Shown here: in pieces, positions 8,569 through 17,533 of the stretch
Numbering within the stretch: position 1 is the stretch's first letter
How the letters are laid out: each line of letters begins with the position of its first letter
Source: Promethearchaeum syntrophicum
GTDB taxonomy: Archaea; Asgardarchaeota; Lokiarchaeia; Sigyniarchaeales; Promethearchaeaceae
Assembly (NCBI RefSeq): GCF_008000775.2
Contig: NZ_CP042905.2
Location: forward strand, 2,460,001-2,492,000
DNA length: 32,000 bases
Direction: 5' to 3'
Made by a program: the position numbers and the translations under genes
Notes under the pieces: model-generated
Seen by the model: only the letters and a program-made list of their open reading frames with translations
The model's database searches: none
What the model was told of the DNA's origin: nothing

Positions 8569-9663
8569 CTATTTAACATCTAAATGAAGAACTTTTTGAG
8601 ATTTATTTACTCCAGATTCATAACCACGCTCTTTTTTGAATTTATCGCGTAAAGATTGAAAGACTAACGTCAAAGGAAGATTAACGGGGCAATTACTTTG
8701 ACAACGCCCACATTCTACACATGTATCTCCAACATGTGTAAACCTAGTCATAACAAATGAAACTTTATCCATTGTTTTCGCTCGAACTTGTTCTGTTAGG
8801 TTACAAACAGTGCAGAAGCAAACGGGGCAAGATTTTACACACATTCCACAACCTGTGCATTTAATGAATAAATTAAATCTATCTTCATTTGCTAAAAATT
8901 CCGAAAGTTCTTTTTCTCTAGTTGCTGTGCAGTTTAAAATAATATCTTCAGCTTCTTTTTCATACTGCGCATTCAGCTTCTCATCAATTATTTTATCTTG
9001 CCATTTCAGTTTTTCAATTATATTTTTAGCTCGCGAGCTTTGCGCAGTTAATATATAATCTTCAGATTTTTCAAATATGGTATAGGTTCCAATGAGAAAA
9101 TCAGCTAATGGATGGCTTTTTTGAATGCACCGAGTGCAGTTATCTGTTATTTTTACGTCAGGTCCTAATGGAATTTTGATATTTTTGCCTTTTTTCATTT
9201 TCAAGATTAATTCTGTGGGAGTTAGCCATTCATGAGCAATATTAGATTCATCAATATTGTTTTTCTTAAAATTTTTTGTGAGATATTTATTGGGGATGTA
9301 GCCCACATCATGAAAAGAAATAATAAATAGGTTCTCCAAGTTTACTTGCATTTTTTTATCTAATTCAATCAGAGCTCTAACGTCGCAAGCTCTTCCGATT
9401 ACTCCTATTTTAGTATTTAAAGATTCTTTTGTGTGCAGAAGTGAATTTGAGGCAGAATCAGTACGGGAATATCCATATACAAGTAATTGGGATAAAGGGA
9501 ATTCATCTATTTCCGCTGGGTTCGTAACGTATTTTGGTATGATTGCAAAGCGATTTCTCTTCTTTTCTCCAGAGAGAATCTTATCAACTATCTTTTCTTT
9601 TAAGAGATGCTTGAGTAATTGCTGGAAATCACTTTTATTGATCGTGTATCGTTGAAATTCCAT
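8569..9663 (-). CDS. FrhB/FdhB-like (F420 hydrogenase/dehydrogenase beta-type) iron-sulfur protein
   Basis: GVIGRACDVRALIEL resembles the G-x-PC-x-x-x-A-L motif of the FrhB/FdhB family. The C-terminal part has two ferredoxin-type clusters (CTGCGMCVKSCP and CVECGRCQSNCP). The family call rests on motifs only. Confidence 0.45.
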   Translation of the reverse strand: MEFQRYTINKSDFQQLLKHLLKEKIVDKILSGEKKRNRFAIIPKYVTNPAEIDEFPLSQLLVYGYSRTDSASNSLLHTKESLNTKIGVIGRACDVRALIELDKKMQVNLENLFIISFHDVGYIPNKYLTKNFKKNNIDESNIAHEWLTPTELILKMKKGKNIKIPLGPDVKITDNCTRCIQKSHPLADFLIGTYTIFEKSEDYILTAQSSRAKNIIEKLKWQDKIIDEKLNAQYEKEAEDIILNCTATREKELSEFLANEDRFNLFIKCTGCGMCVKSCPVCFCTVCNLTEQVRAKTMDKVSFVMTRFTHVGDTCVECGRCQSNCPVNLPLTLVFQSLRDKFKKERGYESGVNKSQKVLHLDVK

Positions 9664-9792
9664 TATTTTTAATCAGCTTTTGATTGTTTAAATATATTTT
9701 TTTATTGTAAGGATAAGTAAATCAAAATTTAATTTAGCTATCCCTAAATAAAATTGAAATATTGTAAGAACAAATTTAGATGCGAATTTGGT

Positions 9793-10335
9793 TTAAAAGC
9801 TATAATCTATGGGACATTTACCTGATATTTCTTTAATTTCACAATTTTCACACGTTCTAGAGGAAGTTCTGTAATGTAAAATTCCAATAGGGATTATAAG
9901 GATTGAAATACAAATAAAAACAACAATTAATTTAAAAATTTCTGGGAGATTGATGGTTAAATAAAGAAAAATGATAATAAAACCGCTACCTGTTCCCATT
10001 AAAAATTTCTGAATTATTTTTACGGATTTCTTTTCTGTTATTGAAGTTAAGCTTAATAATTGAGCAAGCGAGAATATGATTCCGATGATTAAAATTGGAA
10101 TTAAATTAAAAGATTTGTGATCATATAATATTTTAGTTAATATGATGGTTAAAAGTGCTGATGGATAACCAATAAAACATCCAATACATAATCTAAACTT
10201 GCCAATATTGATTGTATGGTTTTCATACCTTTCACAAGGAGGATGATGAGATAATAACATCGGAGCAACAGCTTTGAAACCTTGTTGAATATCAGCCCAA
10301 ATCTCCCGAATTTTATCTTTTTTCTCTTTCTTCAA
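9793..10335 (-). CDS. DUF2085-like integral membrane protein
   Basis: SHHPPCERY...FRLCIGCFIGYP fits the H-x-x-P-x-R...C-x-R/G-C-x-G-x-Y pattern of DUF2085, followed by 3-4 hydrophobic helices. The start at 10335 is TTG. An alternative ATG (MLLSHHPP) lies 75 nt downstream. Confidence 0.55.
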   Translation of the reverse strand: MKKEKKDKIREIWADIQQGFKAVAPMLLSHHPPCERYENHTINIGKFRLCIGCFIGYPSALLTIILTKILYDHKSFNLIPILIIGIIFSLAQLLSLTSITEKKSVKIIQKFLMGTGSGFIIIFLYLTINLPEIFKLIVVFICISILIIPIGILHYRTSSRTCENCEIKEISGKCPIDYSF

Positions 10336-10471
10336 TATTTATCAGCACTGAAACTATTATATAAGCTATAATTCTCAATACTTTAAAAGACCAATAGTTC
10401 TAATAATATTAATATAAATAATAAAAAATTCTTTCTTATTTTCCACCAAGAAATAATAAAAAAAGAAGTGT

Positions 10472-13400
10472 TCATTTATTTTGTTCTAATTGATCTTCAA
10501 CAATTTTATCGGAATCTTCAAGAAAAGTTATTTTTGATTGGTTTTTTAAATCATCTTCAGTCATCTTTTCTTTAATTTCCTGTTGTTCTTCCAATTTGTT
10601 TCCATATTTTTTTGATACTACACTTGCTAAACCAATTGAAATACCAATTAACAAAGCGATAGTAAGATATGGTGCTAGTGTCGAGTAAACCTTAATTGAC
10701 AACATATTGCTTGATATTATATTTCCATAGATATCGATTATTTCTATAAAATAATCAACTTCAGAATCTACGTTCTCAAAATTCGAAAGAGTTATTGAAA
10801 AGTTTTCATCATTTTCCCTTGAATAGGTAGTTTTAGCACGCCATCCGCCATTTTGAGAGAATACAACACGAATCTTCTGTATTGGATTATTATCAAATGC
10901 TGCTATATCAAGATTTATTTGAATTTCATCATAATCATGATTTTGGATTGATTTTATCTCAGAAATTTCAGGTAATACATGATCCAAATACATAGAATCG
11001 TTAGCATAGAATTTACGAGGGATATTTTCTAAAATTTGCGTGTTAGTGGAAATTTCAAAATCATCATACATTCCCCACAACTTACAATTACCAGGATTTG
11101 AATTCTTTATACTTTCAACTTGTATTTGATATTTGAGTTCAAAATTACCATTAGGAATAGTTGGAAAGAAGAAATGTTTTCCTGATGATAATATGTCATG
11201 TGAAATTTCAGAATCATCTGTAAAACCAGATACTTCTATTGAATCTTCCAAAAATGCAGTTCCAGCAGGAATTTCATCATCGAGTGCGTAAAATTGCATC
11301 AACTCTCCATCATTGGTTATGTTAATTGAAACAGTTAAAATATCTCCCGGAATTAAATTCGAGTATTTTGAGATTAGTTTTGACAGAAATATATCCTCAT
11401 TTTCACTACTTCTAATTGTTTTTGTCAAAAATGATACATAATAACCTTCATTAATATTTAAGGAGCTTGAAACCGAATTTTCGCTAATAATTACGTTAAC
11501 GGGACCTAAAGTCTTGTGGAAGAGTTGACGAGAGGTCGAATTGTCAAACGGATTTAGGAATTCTATAAATCCCGATACACTGATTCCATCAATACTGAAT
11601 ATTCCTTCATGATTTGGTGCTTTCAGACCAAAAAGAAGGCGATCTCCATCAATAAGAATAGGTGCATTTATTGTGTAGACAGAACTAGGATTAGTTATGT
11701 TCTCGGGAATACCAATAATTGAGACTTTTGTATCCATCAAAGGCATTCTGGGATCAATTCCTGTAAAATTGACATCTAGATAGAAATTTTCATTCGGTTT
11801 TGCCTCAATTGTTTCAGGAATTTCAACTAATGGATTTGATCTAAGAATTTGAATTGAATTCAATATATATGAAATCTGACCAGTTCCATTTAATGTAATA
11901 TTTATTGAATTTGTTCCATAATCAATCAGATTTGAAAGACTAAATTGAATCTCATTTGGTTGATGGCTTGACTCAGTGAAATTTAGCTCATATTGCGGAA
12001 TTTCCGCATTATTTACATTAATTGTAGCGTTTCCTTCAAAATCCACAAGTTCAATTGAAGTTGTAATATTTTTTATTGCAGTTAAGCTGTTTATTGCTGC
12101 GCTTGTATCTGCAGTAGTCATCCAACCCCAATTATTACGTTTTTCAATTATAAATTGAACTGCTTTTTTTATAAGGGGATAATTCAGGGAGAAATCATCT
12201 ATTGAAAGAGCCCAAGCTGCGTAAGATGTAATTTCAACATTGTTGCCTAAATTTCTCCAGTACCAATATTCCTCTTGAGGTTTATCCCAATAAATAGTAT
12301 TTTGAGCTACAATATAACTGTTTTTCAAGAAATCTATTAAATTACTATTAAAAGTCATATTTTCATAATAAGTACCAGCCGTAGCGATATATAATAATGC
12401 TGCACCGTAAGAACTTCGATTATTTGGAGACTCCCATAATGTTTCTAATCTGCTTAGAGCTAAATTGATAGAATCATCCATTTCTCCTGTAATTTCTGAT
12501 GAAGCCAGTAAACTTTTTAAAATTAATGAAGTTGATTCAAATTCATTTGCAGAATAATATTGAAATTCCCAACTTCCACTAGCATCTTGTTGATTAAGTA
12601 AATGACTTATACCATTATTGAGCACATAACTATTGATTTTAAATCCCAATTCATTAATTTGATTTAACGCATACAAAACAATGGATGTCATTAATACTGT
12701 AGATTGGTCATCCTCCCACCAACCCCATCCTCCATCAGAGTGCTGAAATCCATATACTCGATTTATACCGCTCAAAATCATATTATTAATTTCGTTTTCT
12801 AACCCTTCGGAAAGCTGATCCGTATAGAGGAGATATTTATAAATTAACGCTGTTGGAAGTAATTTTGAGATTGTTTGCTCAATGCAACCATAGGGATATC
12901 CGATTAATGACGACCAACTTTCAATTGAAACATCCATAAGGTCAGTATAAATTGCGAGTGTTTCTTTATGATATATAGCCATCGGATCCAAAGTATAATT
13001 TAATATCGTGGACCCATCAGATGCATTTAGAAACCCGACCGTCCTATTTCTAATTTCAATTCCGTTTGGTTCTATATAAATTGATAACTGTTTTGCATCA
13101 GAATAGAGAGTTCCAGATATATTTGTTGCAGCCAATAGAGTTATTTCCTGCAAAAAGGGTTCATCACAATAAACTGAAAATTCAACTTCAGAAACAAATC
13201 CATTTGGGATCATTAGTTCTTGAACATCTCGATTGAGCACTGTAAAACCAGTTGAATTAATTGCTATTGTAGCATAGATATCTTGACCTATATAATTATA
13301 TACATACCCTTTAATCGTTAAAATGTCATCTTGAATTACAGGTTGAGGTATATCAAATTCGATAAAGAAGGGTAAAAATGTTTTTATCTGAAGGGTTTCT

Positions 13401-16400
13401 ATATTTCCCCAAAATACAGAACCATCTTCACCCAATCCATTCCCTACAACTCTAATTGTCCATTCACCTATATTTTCTGGAAGATGAAAAGTTAAATTAA
13501 CTGGTTCTGAAATTATCATTGAAGGTATCCAATTTGCAGATTCGGAAATGTTTTTTCTGATATCCGTATCAAAACTTAATAAAAGATCATCAAAAGTGGG
13601 TGGATCTCGTGATTTTTCCCCACCAGCAAAATTTTCTGATCCATCCGTCATTTCATAAACTAGTTCACCTTCAGCTAAACGATAGTTATAATAATACCAT
13701 ATTCCTCCAGTATTGTAATCGTAATCAATCCACCAATAAGAATCCTTATCAAACCCATTTCCCCAAGAACTTGCTGAGCTTATATAAGCACCATATGAAT
13801 GTATTTTAAAGTATGCTAATTCAGAGTCATCTTCAGGTTCTACATCCAAAACACTGCTATCAATAAATGAAATTGATAATAGGGTAGTTGAATTATTCTC
13901 TGGAGTAATTGTCAAAGTCATATCATCCCCCGGTTCATATACTTCCTTATCTGCAGTTAATGTAAATCCTGAATCATAAAGGACTTTAAAAATCAAGACA
14001 TCCTCATAGAGTTTTCCCGATTGTGAAATCGTATAAACCATTACGGTAAAATCTGGACCATATTCACCAATAATTGGAAGAGAATATAAAAATTCACCTT
14101 CTCCATTAACAATTAGTGGAACTGAAAAAGAAAGCCCCCGTTTATAAATTTCTAAATATACAGGAAGGTTCGTTGAAACATCTGTTATCCCGGAAATTTC
14201 AACAATCTCACCTATTGCAACATCAATTGAGTATTTGTTTTCGCTTGTAGATTTATTTGAAGTAATAGATATTGAATTTGAAGTTCCCACTTCAAATGTT
14301 TTATGTTCTGAATTATAATAGAAACCTCCGTAAAAGAAATTAGAACGAGAATAAACATAGCTATAAATATAATAGGTTCCATTAGGTGAAAAATGTGAAA
14401 TAGGAACTTCAAAGTCTTCAGTTCCTGTCAGTTCTAATGTCGCTTGTCCTATTAATTGGTGATCAGACTGGTAGATATATATTCTCCCCTCTCCAGTTTG
14501 ATCTTCTCCAGTTAATGTATCAGTATATGATGCAGAAAATGTAAAATTTTCTCCTTGATTCAAAGATTCCGTTTGGATATCTATATCTAAGCTATATTTT
14601 CTATATCTAAAATAAGTAGAAGATTCAGTTTCACGGCCATCATTAAGAGTAATTATAATACGAATCTCAAAGAAATGATACGATTCCATGTCACTAAATG
14701 GCAAATTGAATTCTAATTCGCCCCCCCCATAAATATTTGTTGATGCAAAGTGCGTTTGGAGTAATTCTTTAGTAGTAATTTCTGTAATTATTATTGGATA
14801 TTCACGAACACCGTAGATCTCAATTTGTGTTGAAACATTCATTAACGGATTATATTCATAATTCCACCAACCATCATTATCAGGACTCGCAAGAAATTGA
14901 TATGCATAAAAATAATATTCTAAAGATTCATTAGGTTTAGGTGCCCAATCCGAAAGGTATCCATAGGAGTAAATTTCTTCAAATCGTGAGAAATACCTTT
15001 CAGTACCTGCCTCCCTCCCATAGATGTCAGTTACTTCCGCTTGAACACTAAAACTATAATCAAGATCATCAATAGAATTTAGATTTATTAAGAAGTAAAA
15101 CTGACCTTCGCCATTGGTTCTGCCGGAAATATTGAATTTATTTTCCCCTGAGTAATCTTTTATAATTAAATCAACAGATGCATCAACAACTGGTTGTCCG
15201 AAATAATAAGCTACATCTACACTCCCTGTAAATATTATTTTACTCGGAAAAAATTTCCTTTTTTCTGGATAGTAATCTTTTCCATTAGTATTAATGTTTA
15301 CTCGAAATACAGGTTTAGTATAATGCTCAACCTTAATATTATAACGAAATATGTTTCCAGCTAAATTAAATTCTACCCCATATATACCTAGTTCACAATC
15401 GTTATCAAGAGGAATATCAAATTTTAAAACACCATTATTATCAGTTAAAATTGTCGTCCAAAAGAAGGCAAGCTCACTTGGATTCAAAATAGTGAGATTA
15501 ACAGGTGTATTTCTTAAAGCGATTCGTGATTCTTCCATATATGAATATTCTAAAACCAAAGAACGAAGATGTATTGTTTCTCCTGGATTATAAATTGTTT
15601 TATCAGTAGATACGATATACTGGATCGGGTTTTGATTTGTTTTTTGTTGACCATTCCATAAACTATAGTAGTAATAATCCCAAGATTTGTAAATAAAAGT
15701 AGTAAATTTTGTTTCTGCTTCTATCATTTGGATTGTGAGTTTAAGAGAACTATAATAACTCGATAAAAATTCTTCCTCTTGTGGAATTACCGAATCTATT
15801 ATCCCATACCCATTATTATCAGTTTGGATTAGATTTGTGCTAAAATCTACCCAAGTGGTATTTCCAAAATCATAATATGAAAATGTAAAACTAAAATTAG
15901 CAAATGGCATTGGAGAGAAATCAGTTAGGTCCACTAGCTGAACTGCAGCTCTGTATTCTTGATTGGTACTATAATAATTTGGCCCTTTACAAAAAATACC
16001 GGTATTTCCTACTGTAAACTCTTTATAAGTCTGCTGTTCATCGACATAGGCAAAAATTGTGTATAATCCCTCGGAAGAAGCAGTATAAGTAATCGATGCT
16101 TGACCTAGACTATTAGTATATACTTCTTTTTGATATATCGGATTACTAACTTCATAATAATTCGTATACCAATAATAATCGCTTCTGAAATAATCGTTGT
16201 AAATCTCGATTACAATCCTTTCATTATTTGCTGCTGTTAAATTTTCTAAAAGGAATAGATTTATTTCGATTTGTTCCCCGATAGATACCGCACTTTTATA
16301 TAAATTAAGTGTTAGAGCAAAATTATTGAAATTTTCTTGATAGGAAGATTTCGGAGTGATTTCATCCAAATCCTCCTTCTTTTCGTTTTCATCTACCATC

Positions 16401-16603
16401 AAAGGTGATGATCGATCCAAGGGAAAATGAAATGGAGAAGAGTGTGATTCTTCAGTTGTTTTAGAATTTATAAAAGATTCAGGTGTTTCTTCAGAAGGAG
16501 TACTATTAGAAACTCCAAGGCCGGTAATACTTAGCGATGTCAGTTGAAAAGCAAGAATTAATAATAGAAATCCTGCAAATTTTTTCTTTTTTAGAATTTT
16601 CAT
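10472..16603 (-). CDS. Alpha-2-macroglobulin-family thioester-containing protein, membrane-anchored
   Basis: 2043 aa. Evidence seen:
- N-terminal signal/anchor (FAGFLLLILAFQL)
- MG-domain signatures (DKTIYNPGETIHLRS; ADKEVYEPGDDMTLTI)
- thioester motif GYPYG-CIEQ-T (CIEQ encoded at 12875-12886, Cys about aa 1240)
- TED-type FQHSDGGWGWWEDD shortly after
- C-terminal hydrophobic helix (LAPYLTIALLIGISIGLASVV) plus a charged tail. Confidence 0.85.
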   Translation of the reverse strand: MKILKKKKFAGFLLLILAFQLTSLSITGLGVSNSTPSEETPESFINSKTTEESHSSPFHFPLDRSSPLMVDENEKKEDLDEITPKSSYQENFNNFALTLNLYKSAVSIGEQIEINLFLLENLTAANNERIVIEIYNDYFRSDYYWYTNYYEVSNPIYQKEVYTNSLGQASITYTASSEGLYTIFAYVDEQQTYKEFTVGNTGIFCKGPNYYSTNQEYRAAVQLVDLTDFSPMPFANFSFTFSYYDFGNTTWVDFSTNLIQTDNNGYGIIDSVIPQEEEFLSSYYSSLKLTIQMIEAETKFTTFIYKSWDYYYYSLWNGQQKTNQNPIQYIVSTDKTIYNPGETIHLRSLVLEYSYMEESRIALRNTPVNLTILNPSELAFFWTTILTDNNGVLKFDIPLDNDCELGIYGVEFNLAGNIFRYNIKVEHYTKPVFRVNINTNGKDYYPEKRKFFPSKIIFTGSVDVAYYFGQPVVDASVDLIIKDYSGENKFNISGRTNGEGQFYFLINLNSIDDLDYSFSVQAEVTDIYGREAGTERYFSRFEEIYSYGYLSDWAPKPNESLEYYFYAYQFLASPDNDGWWNYEYNPLMNVSTQIEIYGVREYPIIITEITTKELLQTHFASTNIYGGGELEFNLPFSDMESYHFFEIRIIITLNDGRETESSTYFRYRKYSLDIDIQTESLNQGENFTFSASYTDTLTGEDQTGEGRIYIYQSDHQLIGQATLELTGTEDFEVPISHFSPNGTYYIYSYVYSRSNFFYGGFYYNSEHKTFEVGTSNSISITSNKSTSENKYSIDVAIGEIVEISGITDVSTNLPVYLEIYKRGLSFSVPLIVNGEGEFLYSLPIIGEYGPDFTVMVYTISQSGKLYEDVLIFKVLYDSGFTLTADKEVYEPGDDMTLTITPENNSTTLLSISFIDSSVLDVEPEDDSELAYFKIHSYGAYISSASSWGNGFDKDSYWWIDYDYNTGGIWYYYNYRLAEGELVYEMTDGSENFAGGEKSRDPPTFDDLLLSFDTDIRKNISESANWIPSMIISEPVNLTFHLPENIGEWTIRVVGNGLGEDGSVFWGNIETLQIKTFLPFFIEFDIPQPVIQDDILTIKGYVYNYIGQDIYATIAINSTGFTVLNRDVQELMIPNGFVSEVEFSVYCDEPFLQEITLLAATNISGTLYSDAKQLSIYIEPNGIEIRNRTVGFLNASDGSTILNYTLDPMAIYHKETLAIYTDLMDVSIESWSSLIGYPYGCIEQTISKLLPTALIYKYLLYTDQLSEGLENEINNMILSGINRVYGFQHSDGGWGWWEDDQSTVLMTSIVLYALNQINELGFKINSYVLNNGISHLLNQQDASGSWEFQYYSANEFESTSLILKSLLASSEITGEMDDSINLALSRLETLWESPNNRSSYGAALLYIATAGTYYENMTFNSNLIDFLKNSYIVAQNTIYWDKPQEEYWYWRNLGNNVEITSYAAWALSIDDFSLNYPLIKKAVQFIIEKRNNWGWMTTADTSAAINSLTAIKNITTSIELVDFEGNATINVNNAEIPQYELNFTESSHQPNEIQFSLSNLIDYGTNSINITLNGTGQISYILNSIQILRSNPLVEIPETIEAKPNENFYLDVNFTGIDPRMPLMDTKVSIIGIPENITNPSSVYTINAPILIDGDRLLFGLKAPNHEGIFSIDGISVSGFIEFLNPFDNSTSRQLFHKTLGPVNVIISENSVSSSLNINEGYYVSFLTKTIRSSENEDIFLSKLISKYSNLIPGDILTVSINITNDGELMQFYALDDEIPAGTAFLEDSIEVSGFTDDSEISHDILSSGKHFFFPTIPNGNFELKYQIQVESIKNSNPGNCKLWGMYDDFEISTNTQILENIPRKFYANDSMYLDHVLPEISEIKSIQNHDYDEIQINLDIAAFDNNPIQKIRVVFSQNGGWRAKTTYSRENDENFSITLSNFENVDSEVDYFIEIIDIYGNIISSNMLSIKVYSTLAPYLTIALLIGISIGLASVVSKKYGNKLEEQQEIKEKMTEDDLKNQSKITFLEDSDKIVEDQLEQNK

Positions 16604-16728
16604 ATTTTCTCAACAAAAGTAATCTATACAAAATTCAAGGATTTACATTCATTTTATACTACAGTTTAGAACATTAGGAAAAACCTCAAAACAGTAAGAA
16701 AAGGAGATTTTAAAATTGAATTTGTGTG

Positions 16729-17337
16729 CTAAATTGGTCTATTTTTCTGCTGTATAACCACATCGGTCCATAAATAACCCATAATTAATATTCCAAATAA
16801 AATCACAAACGAACTATCGCGATTCCAGAAACGAAATACAAAAATTAAATAACCTAAGAAGAAAATTGAGAAGAAAATAGCAATAAACAACACCCTAGGG
16901 AATAATATTCTTCCAATCAATACCCAAGATGTCAAAACCGGAATATCTGCTTTTCTTTTTAATGTATATACGCCGCTAAGGTTTTCTACCAAATCCAAAT
17001 CTACAAGTTTATCCAAATGATATCGGGCCACACTAGGGGATGATAATTCCAGCTGTCGTTGAAGTTCCCTAACTCCAGTTGATCCTTTATTCAACAATAC
17101 AAAATAAATCATGAGAGTTCTCCCATTTAATTTCTTAACAATTTCCTCATGAGAGAATTTTAGAGTTTTTTTTTTAGTTTTTTTTTTAGTTTTTTTTTTA
17201 GTTTTTTTTTTAGTTTTTTTTTTAGTTTTTTTCTTTTTTCTTATTTGAGGTTTTTTTAGAGATCCAGATACAAGTTCAGTATTATTTTTCACTAACTCTA
17301 AAATATTCAAAAATGTATAAAAAATCTTATCATTCAA
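16729..17337 (-). CDS. Membrane-tethered winged-helix (ArsR-like) transcriptional regulator with N-terminal (KKKT)n tract
   Basis: The wHTH core GVRELQRQLELSSPSVARYHLDKLVDLDLVE fits the ArsR-type S-x-S-x-V-S/A-x-HL-x-x-L recognition helix. It is followed by about 3 hydrophobic helices. The N-terminal part contains KKKKT(KKKT)5. Confidence 0.7.
   Translation of the reverse strand: MNDKIFYTFLNILELVKNNTELVSGSLKKPQIRKKKKTKKKTKKKTKKKTKKKTKKKTLKFSHEEIVKKLNGRTLMIYFVLLNKGSTGVRELQRQLELSSPSVARYHLDKLVDLDLVENLSGVYTLKRKADIPVLTSWVLIGRILFPRVLFIAIFFSIFFLGYLIFVFRFWNRDSSFVILFGILIMGYLWTDVVIQQKNRPI
17164..17240 (-). repeat. 12-nt coding tandem repeat (A10-ACT on the coding strand; five perfect units plus a degenerate sixth)
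   Basis: The plus strand reads ag+T10 five times (17164-17223). It continues ag+T7-c-T6-c. On the minus strand this translates as KKKKT(KKKT)5. Confidence 0.9.
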
Positions 17338-17361
17338 TTAATATCAGAAAAAGATAAACCC

Positions 17362-17370
17362 TTTATATAA
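17362..17370 (-). promoter_or_regulatory. TATA-box-like element upstream of the wHTH regulator gene
   Basis: TTTATATAA on the plus strand (TTATATAAA on the minus strand), centred about 29 nt upstream of the ATG at 17337. This fits an archaeal promoter driving a leaderless or short-leader mRNA. Such A/T strings also occur by chance in this AT-rich DNA. Confidence 0.3.
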
Positions 17371-17523
17371 CTTTAATCCAAAAATATAGTAATCATATTA
17401 TAAAGTCTCCATAAGTAAAAATCAGCGTTTGAAAAAAAAAACTGCTCCAAGAGTAAAATTTTTATAGAAAAAAATAATTTATAAAAAATCATTTTCTTAT
17501 GGATAATTAAAAATCAATATATA

Positions 17524-17528
17524 GGTGA
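17524..17528 (+). promoter_or_regulatory. Shine-Dalgarno-like GGTGA
   Basis: taGGTGAaaaatTTG aligns base for base with taGGTGAaaaaATG in front of the paralog at 19952. This supports TTG 17534 as the start rather than the GTG that lies inside the SD itself. Confidence 0.45.
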
Positions 17529-17533
17529 AAAAT

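Noticed and set aside
8232-8579. Three overlapping small ORFs (8232-8441 +, 8306-8521 +, 8385-8579 -) around the 96-aa gene.
   Set aside because: They are antisense or out-of-frame readings of the acidic and Lys-rich tracts (poly-S and poly-L/H artefacts). The minus-strand 96-aa ORF, with an ATG and a Cys4 motif, is the more credible reading.
11976-15593. Small ORFs within or antisense to the A2M gene (11976-12158, 13600-13809, 14212-14412, 15351-15593).
   Set aside because: All are embedded in a 6.1-kb ORF with strong family motifs, and none has features of its own. The same reasoning applies to 2107-2310, 3402-3596, 8810-9058, 9431-9655, 18670-18882, 20685-20876, 24852-25091, 25682-25867 and 31621-31845.
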